A stretch of 64,000 nt of DNA, from the NCBI GenBank assembly GCA_038108555.1, contig JAYNIA010000001.1, positions 139,505 through 203,504 of the forward strand, given 5' to 3'. This document shows, one piece after another, positions 29,989-39,429 of the stretch. The DNA comes from Nitrospinota bacterium. GTDB taxonomy: Bacteria > Nitrospinota > Nitrospinia > Nitrospinales > VA-1. How positions within the stretch are numbered: position 1 is the stretch's first letter; each line of letters begins with the position of its first letter. The notes under the pieces are model-generated. The model did no database searches. It was given only the letters and a program-made list of their open reading frames with translations, and had not been told where the DNA came from. The translations under genes and the position numbers were made by a program.

Positions 29989-31153
29989 ACGAAAAGTTGC
30001 TGTCGTTACCGGGGCAAGATCTGAATATGGGTTATTATTTTGGCCTCTGAAAGAGCTTCAGCAACACCCCGATTTCGAATTACAACTAATTGTGACTGGG
30101 GCTCATTTAAAAAAGGAGTTGGGCTATACGGTTGAAGAAATCGAAAAAGAAGGTTTTCACATCAATGCCAAAATTGAAATACTAGGCAATGAAGACTCCA
30201 CATTAGGAATTTCCATGTCCCTCGGCCGTGCTGTTACAGGAATTGCCGAAGCGCTGGATCAGCTGAATCCAGATATATTGTTGATTCTGGGTGATCGATA
30301 TGAAATTCTTGCAGCCGCCCAGGCTGCTCTTATTGCGGGAATACCCATCGCTCACATCCATGGCGGAGAACTGACCGAAGGCGCAGTAGATGACTCCATC
30401 CGTCATGCCATAACCAAAATGGCAAACTTACATTTTGTGGCGGCAGAACCATACCAACGTCGCGTAATCCAATTAGGGGAACAACCACAATTTGTTTACA
30501 ATGTAGGAGCACCAGGTTTGGACCATCTGAATCACATCAACCTTTTAGACCGTGACCAGCTGGAAAAATCGCTGGGGTTTGAATTGGGTGAGTGCTGTTT
30601 TTTAGCCACCTATCATTCCCCTACATTGTCAAATAAATCTCCCGAATATTGCATAAAAGAATGGCTTAAAGCATTAGACCGTTTTCCAAAGGCAAAGATA
30701 ATCATGACATACCCTGGAGCAGATACTGAATGGCAAAAAATAATTAGCCTTATTGAAGGCTATGCCAAAGCCCAGCCCAACCGGGTATTTCTTACACAAT
30801 CACTTGGGCAATTAAAATATTTGAGCGCCTTGAATTGTGTTGACCTAGTAGTGGGAAACACATCTAGCGGCTTGATAGAAGCACCATCTTTTCAAACCCC
30901 TACAGTAAATATTGGGAACCGGCAAAAGGGACGGTTGAAGGCAAGTTCAGTTATTGACTGCGGAGAAAACGCAGATTCTATTCAAGAAGCCATTAAGAAG
31001 GCTTTGTCAAAAGATTTCCAAAAAAGTTTGAAAGATACAACTAACCCCTATGGAAATGGAACTGCGACAAAACAAATTATTCCCAAATTAGCAAAAGTAG
31101 ACTTAAAAAAACTAAGGCAAAAAAAGTTTTATGACTTAAATCAAGCCTTTTGA
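29981..31153 (+). CDS. neuC: Hydrolysing NDP-sugar 2-epimerase (NeuC/LegG)
   Basis: TGARSEYG, GDRYE, HIHGGE, RHAITK, GNTSSG, GNRQKGR. Confidence 0.92.
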   Translation: MSKRKVAVVTGARSEYGLLFWPLKELQQHPDFELQLIVTGAHLKKELGYTVEEIEKEGFHINAKIEILGNEDSTLGISMSLGRAVTGIAEALDQLNPDILLILGDRYEILAAAQAALIAGIPIAHIHGGELTEGAVDDSIRHAITKMANLHFVAAEPYQRRVIQLGEQPQFVYNVGAPGLDHLNHINLLDRDQLEKSLGFELGECCFLATYHSPTLSNKSPEYCIKEWLKALDRFPKAKIIMTYPGADTEWQKIISLIEGYAKAQPNRVFLTQSLGQLKYLSALNCVDLVVGNTSSGLIEAPSFQTPTVNIGNRQKGRLKASSVIDCGENADSIQEAIKKALSKDFQKSLKDTTNPYGNGTATKQIIPKLAKVDLKKLRQKKFYDLNQAF

Positions 31154-31231
31154 TTTATTCTCTTGCATATTTTTATTTTCAATTTTGATACAATTTTTTA
31201 ACTGAAACTATTATTCCAATGAATAAGGGAA

Positions 31232-32314
31232 ATGAGCTCTAAAAGCATCTATGTAATTGCCGAAGCCGGGGTCAACCATAACGGGAATCTTAAACGGGCT
31301 ATTGAAATGGTAGATGCAGCTGCGGAAGCAAAAGTGGACGCAATCAAATTTCAAACATTCAAGGCTGAAAAGCTAGCCCTCAGCCAGGCACCAAAAGCAG
31401 ATTACCAGATCAATCAGACAGGCTCCTCTGAATCCCAGTTGGAAATGCTAAGAAAACTTGAACTCGATAAAAACAGTCATTTTAAAATTCAGGATCGATG
31501 CAATTTAAAAGGGATTCAATTCCTATCGACCCCATTTGATCAAAATAGTCTGAATTTTCTTATTCAATCCCTGAAGGTTCCTAAATTAAAAATTCCTTCT
31601 GGAGAAATAACAAACGCTCCACTTTTATTAAAAGCAGCGGCTTCAGGAAAACCTCTTATAGTTTCTACTGGTATGTGTGATATGGAAGAGGTAAAGATAG
31701 CATTAGGGGTATTGGCTTTTGGTTTCACAAAATCTGGAAACAAACCTAATATTGAAAGTTTCAAAAATGCCTTCGAATCCCCCGAAGGGAAATATGCCTT
31801 ACGCAACAGTATCACCCTGCTACACTGTACCAGTGCTTATCCCGCACCTTTTGAAGATGTTAATTTAAAAACTATGGAAACAATGGCCTCTGTTTTCGGT
31901 TTACCCGTTGGATATTCAGATCATACTTCGGGAATATCGGTCTCCATTGCCGCAGTCGCCTGTGGTGCGGTGGTTATTGAAAAGCACTTCACTATGGATA
32001 AAACTCTGCCCGGACCTGATCATCAAGCCTCTCTGGATCCAGAAGAATTAAAGGCATTGGTTAAAGCTATCAGGGAAGTTGAAAAAGCATTAGGGGTATC
32101 AAATAAGTTTGCCACTCCTTCTGAAATAGAAAATCGGGAAATTGCCAGAAAAAGCCTGGTCACCACCCAAAATATTAAAATGGGTGAATTGTTTACAGAA
32201 AACAATATAGATATAAAACGTCCCGGAAATGGAATTTCCCCCTTACAATATTGGGACTGGATCGGGAAAAAGGCTGAGAGAGATTTCAAAGCAAATGAAC
32301 TAATCATTCCTTAA
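31232..32314 (+). CDS. neuB: Nonulosonate synthase (NeuB/LegI type)
   Basis: IAEAGVNHNG, KFQTF, LHCTSAYP, GYSDHT, EKHFT, GPDH, SAF tail; carries an ALGVLAFG insertion. Confidence 0.93.
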   Translation: MSSKSIYVIAEAGVNHNGNLKRAIEMVDAAAEAKVDAIKFQTFKAEKLALSQAPKADYQINQTGSSESQLEMLRKLELDKNSHFKIQDRCNLKGIQFLSTPFDQNSLNFLIQSLKVPKLKIPSGEITNAPLLLKAAASGKPLIVSTGMCDMEEVKIALGVLAFGFTKSGNKPNIESFKNAFESPEGKYALRNSITLLHCTSAYPAPFEDVNLKTMETMASVFGLPVGYSDHTSGISVSIAAVACGAVVIEKHFTMDKTLPGPDHQASLDPEELKALVKAIREVEKALGVSNKFATPSEIENREIARKSLVTTQNIKMGELFTENNIDIKRPGNGISPLQYWDWIGKKAERDFKANELIIP

Positions 32315-32517
32315 GTAGAATTGACAGGTTCGCACGTTTGCCAATTAAAAAATGTTTTAGCAAGGACCATCTTTTAAAAATATATGGACCGGTCCGAGCA
32401 AATAAATTGAGTTAAAACTAAATGGCATCTGGCGACTTTGCTTTTTTTCAAATACGGATACAGATAATTTTTCCTAATCTGCCAACTAATTTGCCCGACA
32501 TATCCAACTAAATTTTT

Positions 32518-33606
32518 ATGGACCCAAAAAAAATAAAATCATTAGTAATTTCAAAAGATGAATCCATTAAGGAAACCATGGGGAACCTTAATAAGACCTC
32601 ATCAAAGATCCTCCTGGTAACCGGGGAAAATGACGAACTGGTTGGAGTTGTTACCGATGGAGATTTACGAAGGGGAATCGTCAATGGACTGTCACTCTCC
32701 GACCCAGTCAAAAATGTTATGCGGGAAAATTTTTGCTATTTGGATAGCAACACACCAGATATTTATAATTACGCAAGAGAGTTGATGCTTGAAAAAAAAA
32801 TTGAGCAGGTTCCCATTTTGAATTCTTCTGGATGCATCGTGGACATCATACTTATAAGCGACGGAATTGAGCAAATTCAAAAATCTCTTTTAGAAACAGC
32901 ACCTGCTTTAGAAACTGAAGTCGTTGTCATGGCAGGAGGGAAAGGAACACGCCTTGATCCTTTCACCAAGATTCTTCCCAAACCATTAATTCCCCTGGAA
33001 GGAACCCCCATAATTGAACATGTATTTACCAAATTCAAAAAATCAGGATTCTCGAATTTCATACTCGTTTTGAATTATAAAAAGGAAATGATTAAACTTT
33101 TTCTTTCTGAAAATAAATACCCTTTTAATATTGAAATAGTAGAAGAAGAGAAATTTTTGGGAACGGCCGGAGGTCTATCCCTTCTCAAGGATAAAATCCA
33201 AAAAACTTTTGTTCTGACAAATTGCGATACTATTTTATCCGGAAACACGGCAAAGATTCTGGAATGGCATAAGGAGAATAAGAACATTTTGACTTTGGTC
33301 GGCTCCCATAAAGAATTTTCTATCCCTTATGGTGTCCTTAAGTTTAAAGATGGCGTGTTGGATATGATCGATGAAAAGCCAAAATTCGACTTGTTTATAA
33401 ATGCCGGAACTTATATTCTTGAACCGACAATATTTGATTGGGTTAAAGAAGACCAATTTTTAAATATGGATCATTTGATTGCTAATATTATTAAGAAATT
33501 TCCCAAAAAGGTCGGTGTCTTTCCCCATTGGGAAGGCTGGTTTGACATTGGCCAATGGGAGGAGTATCAAAAATCTCTAGAAAAAATCAGGCCTGGCTAT
33601 AAATAA
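32518..33606 (+). CDS. CBS-domain sugar-1-phosphate nucleotidyltransferase (PtmE/LgaF-like)
   Basis: TDGDLRRG (CBS), MAGGKGTRL..PKPL, LGTAGGL, WFDIG. Confidence 0.9.
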   Translation: MDPKKIKSLVISKDESIKETMGNLNKTSSKILLVTGENDELVGVVTDGDLRRGIVNGLSLSDPVKNVMRENFCYLDSNTPDIYNYARELMLEKKIEQVPILNSSGCIVDIILISDGIEQIQKSLLETAPALETEVVVMAGGKGTRLDPFTKILPKPLIPLEGTPIIEHVFTKFKKSGFSNFILVLNYKKEMIKLFLSENKYPFNIEIVEEEKFLGTAGGLSLLKDKIQKTFVLTNCDTILSGNTAKILEWHKENKNILTLVGSHKEFSIPYGVLKFKDGVLDMIDEKPKFDLFINAGTYILEPTIFDWVKEDQFLNMDHLIANIIKKFPKKVGVFPHWEGWFDIGQWEEYQKSLEKIRPGYK

Positions 33607-34371
33607 ATGTACGAACATATTTTTTCCTGCAAGAATAAAATAGCTGTCGTAACAGGTGGCGGAGGATTGATCGGCAAAGAAATCTCTCAAGCACTGTCAG
33701 ATTTCGGTGCAAAAGTTTATATCGCGGATATCCAGCAACAAGAACATGTAAACAACTCTTCTAATATTGAATTTATTAAAACCAACACCACCTTAGAAGA
33801 TGACATTAAGAGAACCTTCAAGGAAATCGCCAATAACGAAGGAAATTTAGATATCCTGGTTACTTGCGCCTACCCCCGGACCCATGATTGGGGAGTCATG
33901 GTTGAAGACGTGCCTTTTGAATCCTGGAATGAAAATTTAAAATCCCAACTTGGTGGAACTTTCTTGTGCTGCAGGTCAGCCATTGAACATATGAAGAACT
34001 CAGGAGGAGGCTCTATCATCAACTTGGCCTCCACCTATGGCGTGGTGGCCCCAGACTTTAATATTTACAAAGGCACAAATATGACCATGCCTGTAGCCTA
34101 TTCAGCAATAAAGGCAGGGCTCATTGGCCTGACACGATACTTTGCTACTTATTATGCCAAGGATAATATTCGGGCCAACTCAATTTCTCCGGGAGGGATT
34201 TTTGACGGACAACCGGAATCGTTTGTTGACCGGTATACCCAAAAAACTCCTCTGGGAAGAATGGGCAAAGCTTCTGAAATGGTCGGGGGCGTAGTGTTTC
34301 TAGCTTCTGAATCTTCTTCATATGTTACAGGTCAAAACTTGTTGATTGATGGTGGATGGACTACATGGTAA
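33607..34371 (+). CDS. Classical SDR, PtmA-like
   Basis: TGGGGLIG, CAYPR, ASTYGVVAP, YSAIK, ISPGGI. Confidence 0.88.
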   Translation: MYEHIFSCKNKIAVVTGGGGLIGKEISQALSDFGAKVYIADIQQQEHVNNSSNIEFIKTNTTLEDDIKRTFKEIANNEGNLDILVTCAYPRTHDWGVMVEDVPFESWNENLKSQLGGTFLCCRSAIEHMKNSGGGSIINLASTYGVVAPDFNIYKGTNMTMPVAYSAIKAGLIGLTRYFATYYAKDNIRANSISPGGIFDGQPESFVDRYTQKTPLGRMGKASEMVGGVVFLASESSSYVTGQNLLIDGGWTTW

Positions 34372-34417
34372 AAACCACCCTCTCTGAAAGACTAAACTTA
34401 CAAAAATTTCTCATTCT

Positions 34418-35386
34418 ATGAACGTGCTGGTAGTTGGAACGGGTTCTATTGCAAAACGGCATATTCAGAACTTGCAGGAACTTACCGAAATTACCCGGAT
34501 ATTTATTTACTCTTCCCGAGGGCACCTTCCCACAGATATTTCCAATAATAAAACTTCAATTCAGAAATCACTTCAAAATTTAAATGATATTGATTTCGCC
34601 ATCATAGCCAATGAAACTCAAAAACACCTATCAACGGCCACTGTTCTTGGCCAGCAGGGGATTCATCTGTTTTTGGAAAAACCAGTTTCACATAAGATTC
34701 AGGAAGCCAAGGATTTTGAAAAAGTAATTAAAACTAATAATATTAAGGTTTTTATTGGCTATAATTTGCGATTTCTAGGTGCCATTCAGTTTTTAAAAAA
34801 AGAAATTGAGAAAGGATTCTTTGGGGAAATTTTTTTTTCTCAGATTGAAGTTGGGCAATATTTACCCGATTGGCGGCCAGGGCGAAATTATAAAGAAGTC
34901 TATAGCGCCAAAAAAGACCAGGGAGGTGGAGTTGCCCTGGAATTATCGCATGAGTTGGATTATATGATGTACTTATTTGGATTCCCCAAAGAATGGCACT
35001 TTTTTTCAAAGAAAGTCAGCAATTTAGAAATTGAAACTGATGATATTTTTGAAGGAATTTTTGTTTTTCAAGAAGGACAGTTATGCAACGTTCATCTCGA
35101 CTATTTACAGCGCTCAAAAAAAAGAACTTTTAAAATTGTGGGAAGTGGGGGGACAGCGGTTTGCGATTTGTTTGGAAAACATTTGGTTCTTTCAAAGCCA
35201 GACTTTTCTGGAGAGATAACGGAAAAAATAATTGAAGAAAAATCCCTTTTTGATATTGATAAAACTTATAAGGATGAACTGAAAAGTTTTATCAATAGCA
35301 TAAAGAACAACTCAAATACCGCAACTAATTTTAATGATGGCCTACGCATTTTAAAATTATTGCAAGGTTCAAATGTTTCTCAATAA
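34418..35386 (+). CDS. Gfo/Idh/MocA oxidoreductase (PtmF-like)
   Basis: GTGSIAKRH, EKP, GYNLRF, YLPDWRP, GGGVALELSHELD. Confidence 0.88.
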   Translation: MNVLVVGTGSIAKRHIQNLQELTEITRIFIYSSRGHLPTDISNNKTSIQKSLQNLNDIDFAIIANETQKHLSTATVLGQQGIHLFLEKPVSHKIQEAKDFEKVIKTNNIKVFIGYNLRFLGAIQFLKKEIEKGFFGEIFFSQIEVGQYLPDWRPGRNYKEVYSAKKDQGGGVALELSHELDYMMYLFGFPKEWHFFSKKVSNLEIETDDIFEGIFVFQEGQLCNVHLDYLQRSKKRTFKIVGSGGTAVCDLFGKHLVLSKPDFSGEITEKIIEEKSLFDIDKTYKDELKSFINSIKNNSNTATNFNDGLRILKLLQGSNVSQ

Positions 35387-36077
35387 AAAAGTTTTATGCA
35401 TTATCCCCGCTCGTTCAGGGTCGAAAGCAATTCCGCAGAAAAATATCAAAATTCTGTGCGGAAAACCTTTAATTGCCTACTCAATAGAACAAGCGCTTAA
35501 AATCGACTCTATAGATCGAACCATTGTTTCAACCGACGATAAAGAAATTGCTAAAATATCCAACCGGTTTGGGGCAGAAACTCCTTTTATTCGTCCTTCT
35601 CATCTGGCGCAAGATGACTCAAGCACTTTAGATGTTCTTCTCCATACTATGGAGTGGTGTCAGAGTAACGAAAATAAAACTTATGACATCATCCTGCTTT
35701 TACATGCCAACGCGCCCCTCCGAAACCTGAATGACATTCAAAAATGCCTTGAAATACTTGTAAAAAAAAGTGCTGACAACGTTTTTTCCGTTACCCCTGC
35801 AAGCAACAATCCTTATTTCAATATGGTAGAACAAACAGATAATGGAGGGGTTTCATTGGTGAAAAAAGGAAACTTTTCCAACCGCCAATCAGCCCCCCCC
35901 GTCTATGACATGAACTCATCCATTTACACCTGGTGGGCTGAAACTCTTATGGAGAAAAAAGCTATTTTTATGCCAAAAACTAAAATTCACGTTATGCCCA
36001 GGGAACGTTCAATCGATATTGATGAACCTCTGGATTTCCGAATTGCCGAAATGATAATGAAAGAAAATAAAGTGTAG
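35373..36077 (+). CDS. Acylneuraminate cytidylyltransferase (LegF/PtmB-like)
   Basis: IPARSGSKAIPQKN, VSTDD, NPYFNMVE, RSIDID. Confidence 0.92.
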   Translation: MFLNKKVLCIIPARSGSKAIPQKNIKILCGKPLIAYSIEQALKIDSIDRTIVSTDDKEIAKISNRFGAETPFIRPSHLAQDDSSTLDVLLHTMEWCQSNENKTYDIILLLHANAPLRNLNDIQKCLEILVKKSADNVFSVTPASNNPYFNMVEQTDNGGVSLVKKGNFSNRQSAPPVYDMNSSIYTWWAETLMEKKAIFMPKTKIHVMPRERSIDIDEPLDFRIAEMIMKENKV

Positions 36078-36274
36078 CTTGCAAATGAAATTTAATAACC
36101 TTTTCCTCTATGAAGTTTAAAAAAATCGTGGTAACCTTTTGAAAAATATAGGGATTAGAGCATCTCAAATCTGTGGTTTCAGGAATGTGACATTGAGCAA
36201 TAGTGCGGATTATTTCTTAAAATCCTGTTAAACTCCCAACCTTAAAGAGACACCAAAATTAAACACTGGTTTTT

Positions 36275-37603
36275 ATGAAAAGCTTGCTTCACCGACTTCA
36301 AAAAGTAAAAATTCCCCTGCATTTTTTTTTAATATTTCTCCTCTTTAATTTCATTTTTATAGTTCTGTTTGCGGGATTGGTTCGTCATGTTGTTAAAGGC
36401 GGGCCGCTAAAAAACACGTTTTTGGGTGAAGTCGCCTATGAAATCGCTTCAACCACTCATAACACCAAAAAAATTTTTAAAGGGGGAGATTTTTCATTAC
36501 ACGAAGGGAAACATAAAGACAAACCATTGGGTTTTTCATTTTTTTCAAAGGACTCTGGGAGTCTAAAAGGATATATTTTGTTTCCAAAGTATTTTCTTAA
36601 CGAAAACCGAGCTAAAGTACAATTAATTCGCATTAAAGACCAAATAATTCTATACCAATGGAACCCCGATGTTGATGAAATAAACTCAAAATCTAAAATT
36701 AACCGAAATCTAATCAACCTGGAAAGAGATTTCAATAAGAACCGGTACCAATTTCAACATCCAATACTTCTGGAAGAGGGAGGATTAGTATTCCATTCAT
36801 TTTCTCCATTAGTTAGAGTCGACAAATGTTCCAATCTGGTTTGGCAGGTAGACGAATATTTTCATCACTCCATTGAACAAGACCATGAAAATAATATCTG
36901 GTCTCCTACTCGAAAAATTCCAGGGAAGTTTAGTGAATTAAGTGAACAATATGAGGATGATGAGATTACCAAAGTTCAATTATCAGATGGAAAAATAATT
37001 TTTCAGAAATCTGTCACCGAAATTCTTGTTGAAAACAATATGCGAGATTTGGTCACAAATGCTTTTGTGGGCATTTCTCCTATACACCTAAACGATATTC
37101 AACCGGTACTCGAAGATACAAAATTTTGGAAAAGAGGCGATGTTTTTCTATCCCTTCGCGATTTATCCATGGTTATGCTTTATCGGCCCTCAACCAACAA
37201 AGTGATTTGGTACAAATTGGGGCCTTGGAGACACCAGCACGACGTTGATATAATCAATAATAGCACTATTGGAATTTTTGATAATAATGTATCCTTGAAA
37301 CAGGATACCTCCAAAACCCGAATTGTATATTACGATTTCGAAACGAATGAAATAACCTACCCCTACAAAAAGTTGCTTGAAAAACATAAAATTAACTCGA
37401 AAACCGAAGGCTTGTTCTCCCGATTGGGAAATGATGATATTTTTATTAATGAGACACGACATTCAAGATTAATAAGAGGAAATAAAGCGGGCGAAATAAA
37501 ATGGCAATATATTTGGGATGCCCAGATATTCTGGACGAGGTTTTTAAATAACGAAAAATTTCAACCCATTGTTTCAAAATTAGCGAATTCACAATGCAAA
37601 TAA
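36275..37603 (+). CDS. Membrane-anchored arylsulfotransferase (ASST-like)
   Basis: N-terminal TM helix; FHHSI, IHLNDIQP, SLRDLS, QHDVD motifs of ASST-type beta-propellers. Confidence 0.75.
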   Translation: MKSLLHRLQKVKIPLHFFLIFLLFNFIFIVLFAGLVRHVVKGGPLKNTFLGEVAYEIASTTHNTKKIFKGGDFSLHEGKHKDKPLGFSFFSKDSGSLKGYILFPKYFLNENRAKVQLIRIKDQIILYQWNPDVDEINSKSKINRNLINLERDFNKNRYQFQHPILLEEGGLVFHSFSPLVRVDKCSNLVWQVDEYFHHSIEQDHENNIWSPTRKIPGKFSELSEQYEDDEITKVQLSDGKIIFQKSVTEILVENNMRDLVTNAFVGISPIHLNDIQPVLEDTKFWKRGDVFLSLRDLSMVMLYRPSTNKVIWYKLGPWRHQHDVDIINNSTIGIFDNNVSLKQDTSKTRIVYYDFETNEITYPYKKLLEKHKINSKTEGLFSRLGNDDIFINETRHSRLIRGNKAGEIKWQYIWDAQIFWTRFLNNEKFQPIVSKLANSQCK

Positions 37604-37803
37604 TTCTTTTTTTGTTTTACTTATCCTTAATCGTTTTCCTTCCTACTGAAGCCGTGGCTTATATTGGGCCCGGAATGGGTGCAGGAACTATTGCAGTCGT
37701 ATTGGGTTTTATCGGGTCAATTCTTTTGGCTATTTTTGCGGTCCTCTATTATCCAATCAAAAGAATTGTAAAGAAATTTAAAAGCAAGAATAAAGCGAAC
37801 TAG
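37594..37803 (+). CDS. Small membrane protein with AYIGPG motif
   Basis: 69 aa: hydrophobic signal-like N-terminus ending AVA, YIGPGMGAG, second TM, basic tail; overlaps ASST stop. Confidence 0.75.
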   Translation: MQIILFLFYLSLIVFLPTEAVAYIGPGMGAGTIAVVLGFIGSILLAIFAVLYYPIKRIVKKFKSKNKAN

Positions 37804-37807
37804 TTAT

Positions 37808-38173
37808 TTGGATATTTTTTGGCTTCTTATCCCTCTAATAATTTGCGTAGAAATTGCAAATAGAACCAACCTTGGAAATACTTTAAGCCTATTTCTGGAT
37901 TTACTGGGAAAAATTAGGAATATTTTTAGCTACAAAAAGGCTTCCGATAGATGGAAAGAAAAAGCCCTGCTTGGTTATTCTTTTAGATTCTTAAACCTAA
38001 ACTTTCAATTGCTTATTAAATTATTCTTAATTTTCTCACCTTTTTTCTTGATACTGCCAATTGACAGGATATTTGGAATAGCGTTGACCAAAGCACTAAT
38101 TGATCCCTATTTTTTAATGATCAGTATTCCTATTGTTATTGCCTATACAAAAATTAAAAAACGCTTTTCATGA
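37808..38173 (+). CDS. Small multi-pass membrane protein
   Basis: 121 aa with about 3 hydrophobic segments and an SDRWKEK motif; overlaps next gene (ATGA). Confidence 0.7.
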   Translation: MDIFWLLIPLIICVEIANRTNLGNTLSLFLDLLGKIRNIFSYKKASDRWKEKALLGYSFRFLNLNFQLLIKLFLIFSPFFLILPIDRIFGIALTKALIDPYFLMISIPIVIAYTKIKKRFS

Positions 38174-39189
38174 TTAACAGTCAATATTCTTTTTTGGAAA
38201 AATGCTTACATAGATTTGCTTTGGATTCCCCCTGGTTGCAGTCCCTATTATACGATTTGGAAAAACAGTTTTTTCTGGATAAGGCCGCTGTGAATAGGAC
38301 ACAGCATTTATTTATTACAGGATTGGCGCGTAGCGGAACGACTTCAGTATTAAATTTATTTTATAGTGGAGGCACATTCGCTTCATTAGCTTACGAAGAT
38401 ATGCCCTTCATACTTTCACCAAACTTATGGAGCAAAGTAAGAGGGAAATCCGCTCAACTAGAAAAAGTGGAGCGTGCCCATGGGGATGAAATTTTTATAA
38501 ACCTACAAAGTCCAGAAGCTTTTGAGGAAGTATTTTGGAAATATATTCTCCAAAACAACTATATCCATTCCCATCATTTGGAAAAGCATACAGTATCTGA
38601 AAAGCATGTTCAGGAATTTGAAAATTTTATCCAACTGGTTTTAAAACTTCGGAACAGAAAAAATTACCTGTCCAAGAACAACAACAACATCCTGCGCCTC
38701 AATTCTCTCTCCAAGCAAATGGAGGATTCTATCTTTCTCATAATTTTCAGGGACCCGCTTAATCACGCACGTTCCTTACTAAATACACATAATAAATTTA
38801 TTCCTTTTCAGGAAGAAGATGATTTCGTTAGAGAATATATGAATTTTATCGGACATAATGAATTTGGGTTAGACCATAAAAGAATGTTATTCACGGGAGA
38901 TTTTAAGAATAATGATGCCATGGCGCTGGATTATTGGCTTGAGCTTTGGTGTCATATATACGGATTTCTGGAAAAAAACTGCACCAGCAAAAACGTTCGG
39001 TTTGTCTGCTATGAAGATCTCTGCGAAAACCCGGAGTCTTATCTAAGGAAAAAAGTTTTAGAAGATTTATTTTTAGACAATTTAAATTTCGAATCGCTAA
39101 AGAACAAAAACAAAAAAACCGACTCCGGTGGTCACATGCATTCTGCCCTAGCTTTCGAAATATACAATAGAATGCGCAAATTGGATTAG
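38170..39189 (+). CDS. PAPS-dependent sulfotransferase
   Basis: 5'-PSB loop ITGLARSGTT; 3'-PB IFRDPLNHARS; VCYEDL. Confidence 0.85.
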   Translation: MINSQYSFLEKCLHRFALDSPWLQSLLYDLEKQFFLDKAAVNRTQHLFITGLARSGTTSVLNLFYSGGTFASLAYEDMPFILSPNLWSKVRGKSAQLEKVERAHGDEIFINLQSPEAFEEVFWKYILQNNYIHSHHLEKHTVSEKHVQEFENFIQLVLKLRNRKNYLSKNNNNILRLNSLSKQMEDSIFLIIFRDPLNHARSLLNTHNKFIPFQEEDDFVREYMNFIGHNEFGLDHKRMLFTGDFKNNDAMALDYWLELWCHIYGFLEKNCTSKNVRFVCYEDLCENPESYLRKKVLEDLFLDNLNFESLKNKNKKTDSGGHMHSALAFEIYNRMRKLD

Positions 39190-39429
39190 AATCAGATTCC
39201 CTGAAAAAATTATGGATTTTCACAAGGATTTTTTAATTTTTAATGGCATTTTGAAGAAATTCCGGAATGTAATAATTTGAATGGTTTCCCTTTGGAAAAT
39301 TTCATCAGTCAAAAAATTATAGTAATTGATAACTCCCTTCATACTTGAGTCTATGTTGCGCTTAACCCTTGAATTTTAGTAAAATAGAAGCTCTGTTTAT
39401 TTTTTCCCTGATTTTTTATTGCAAGACCA

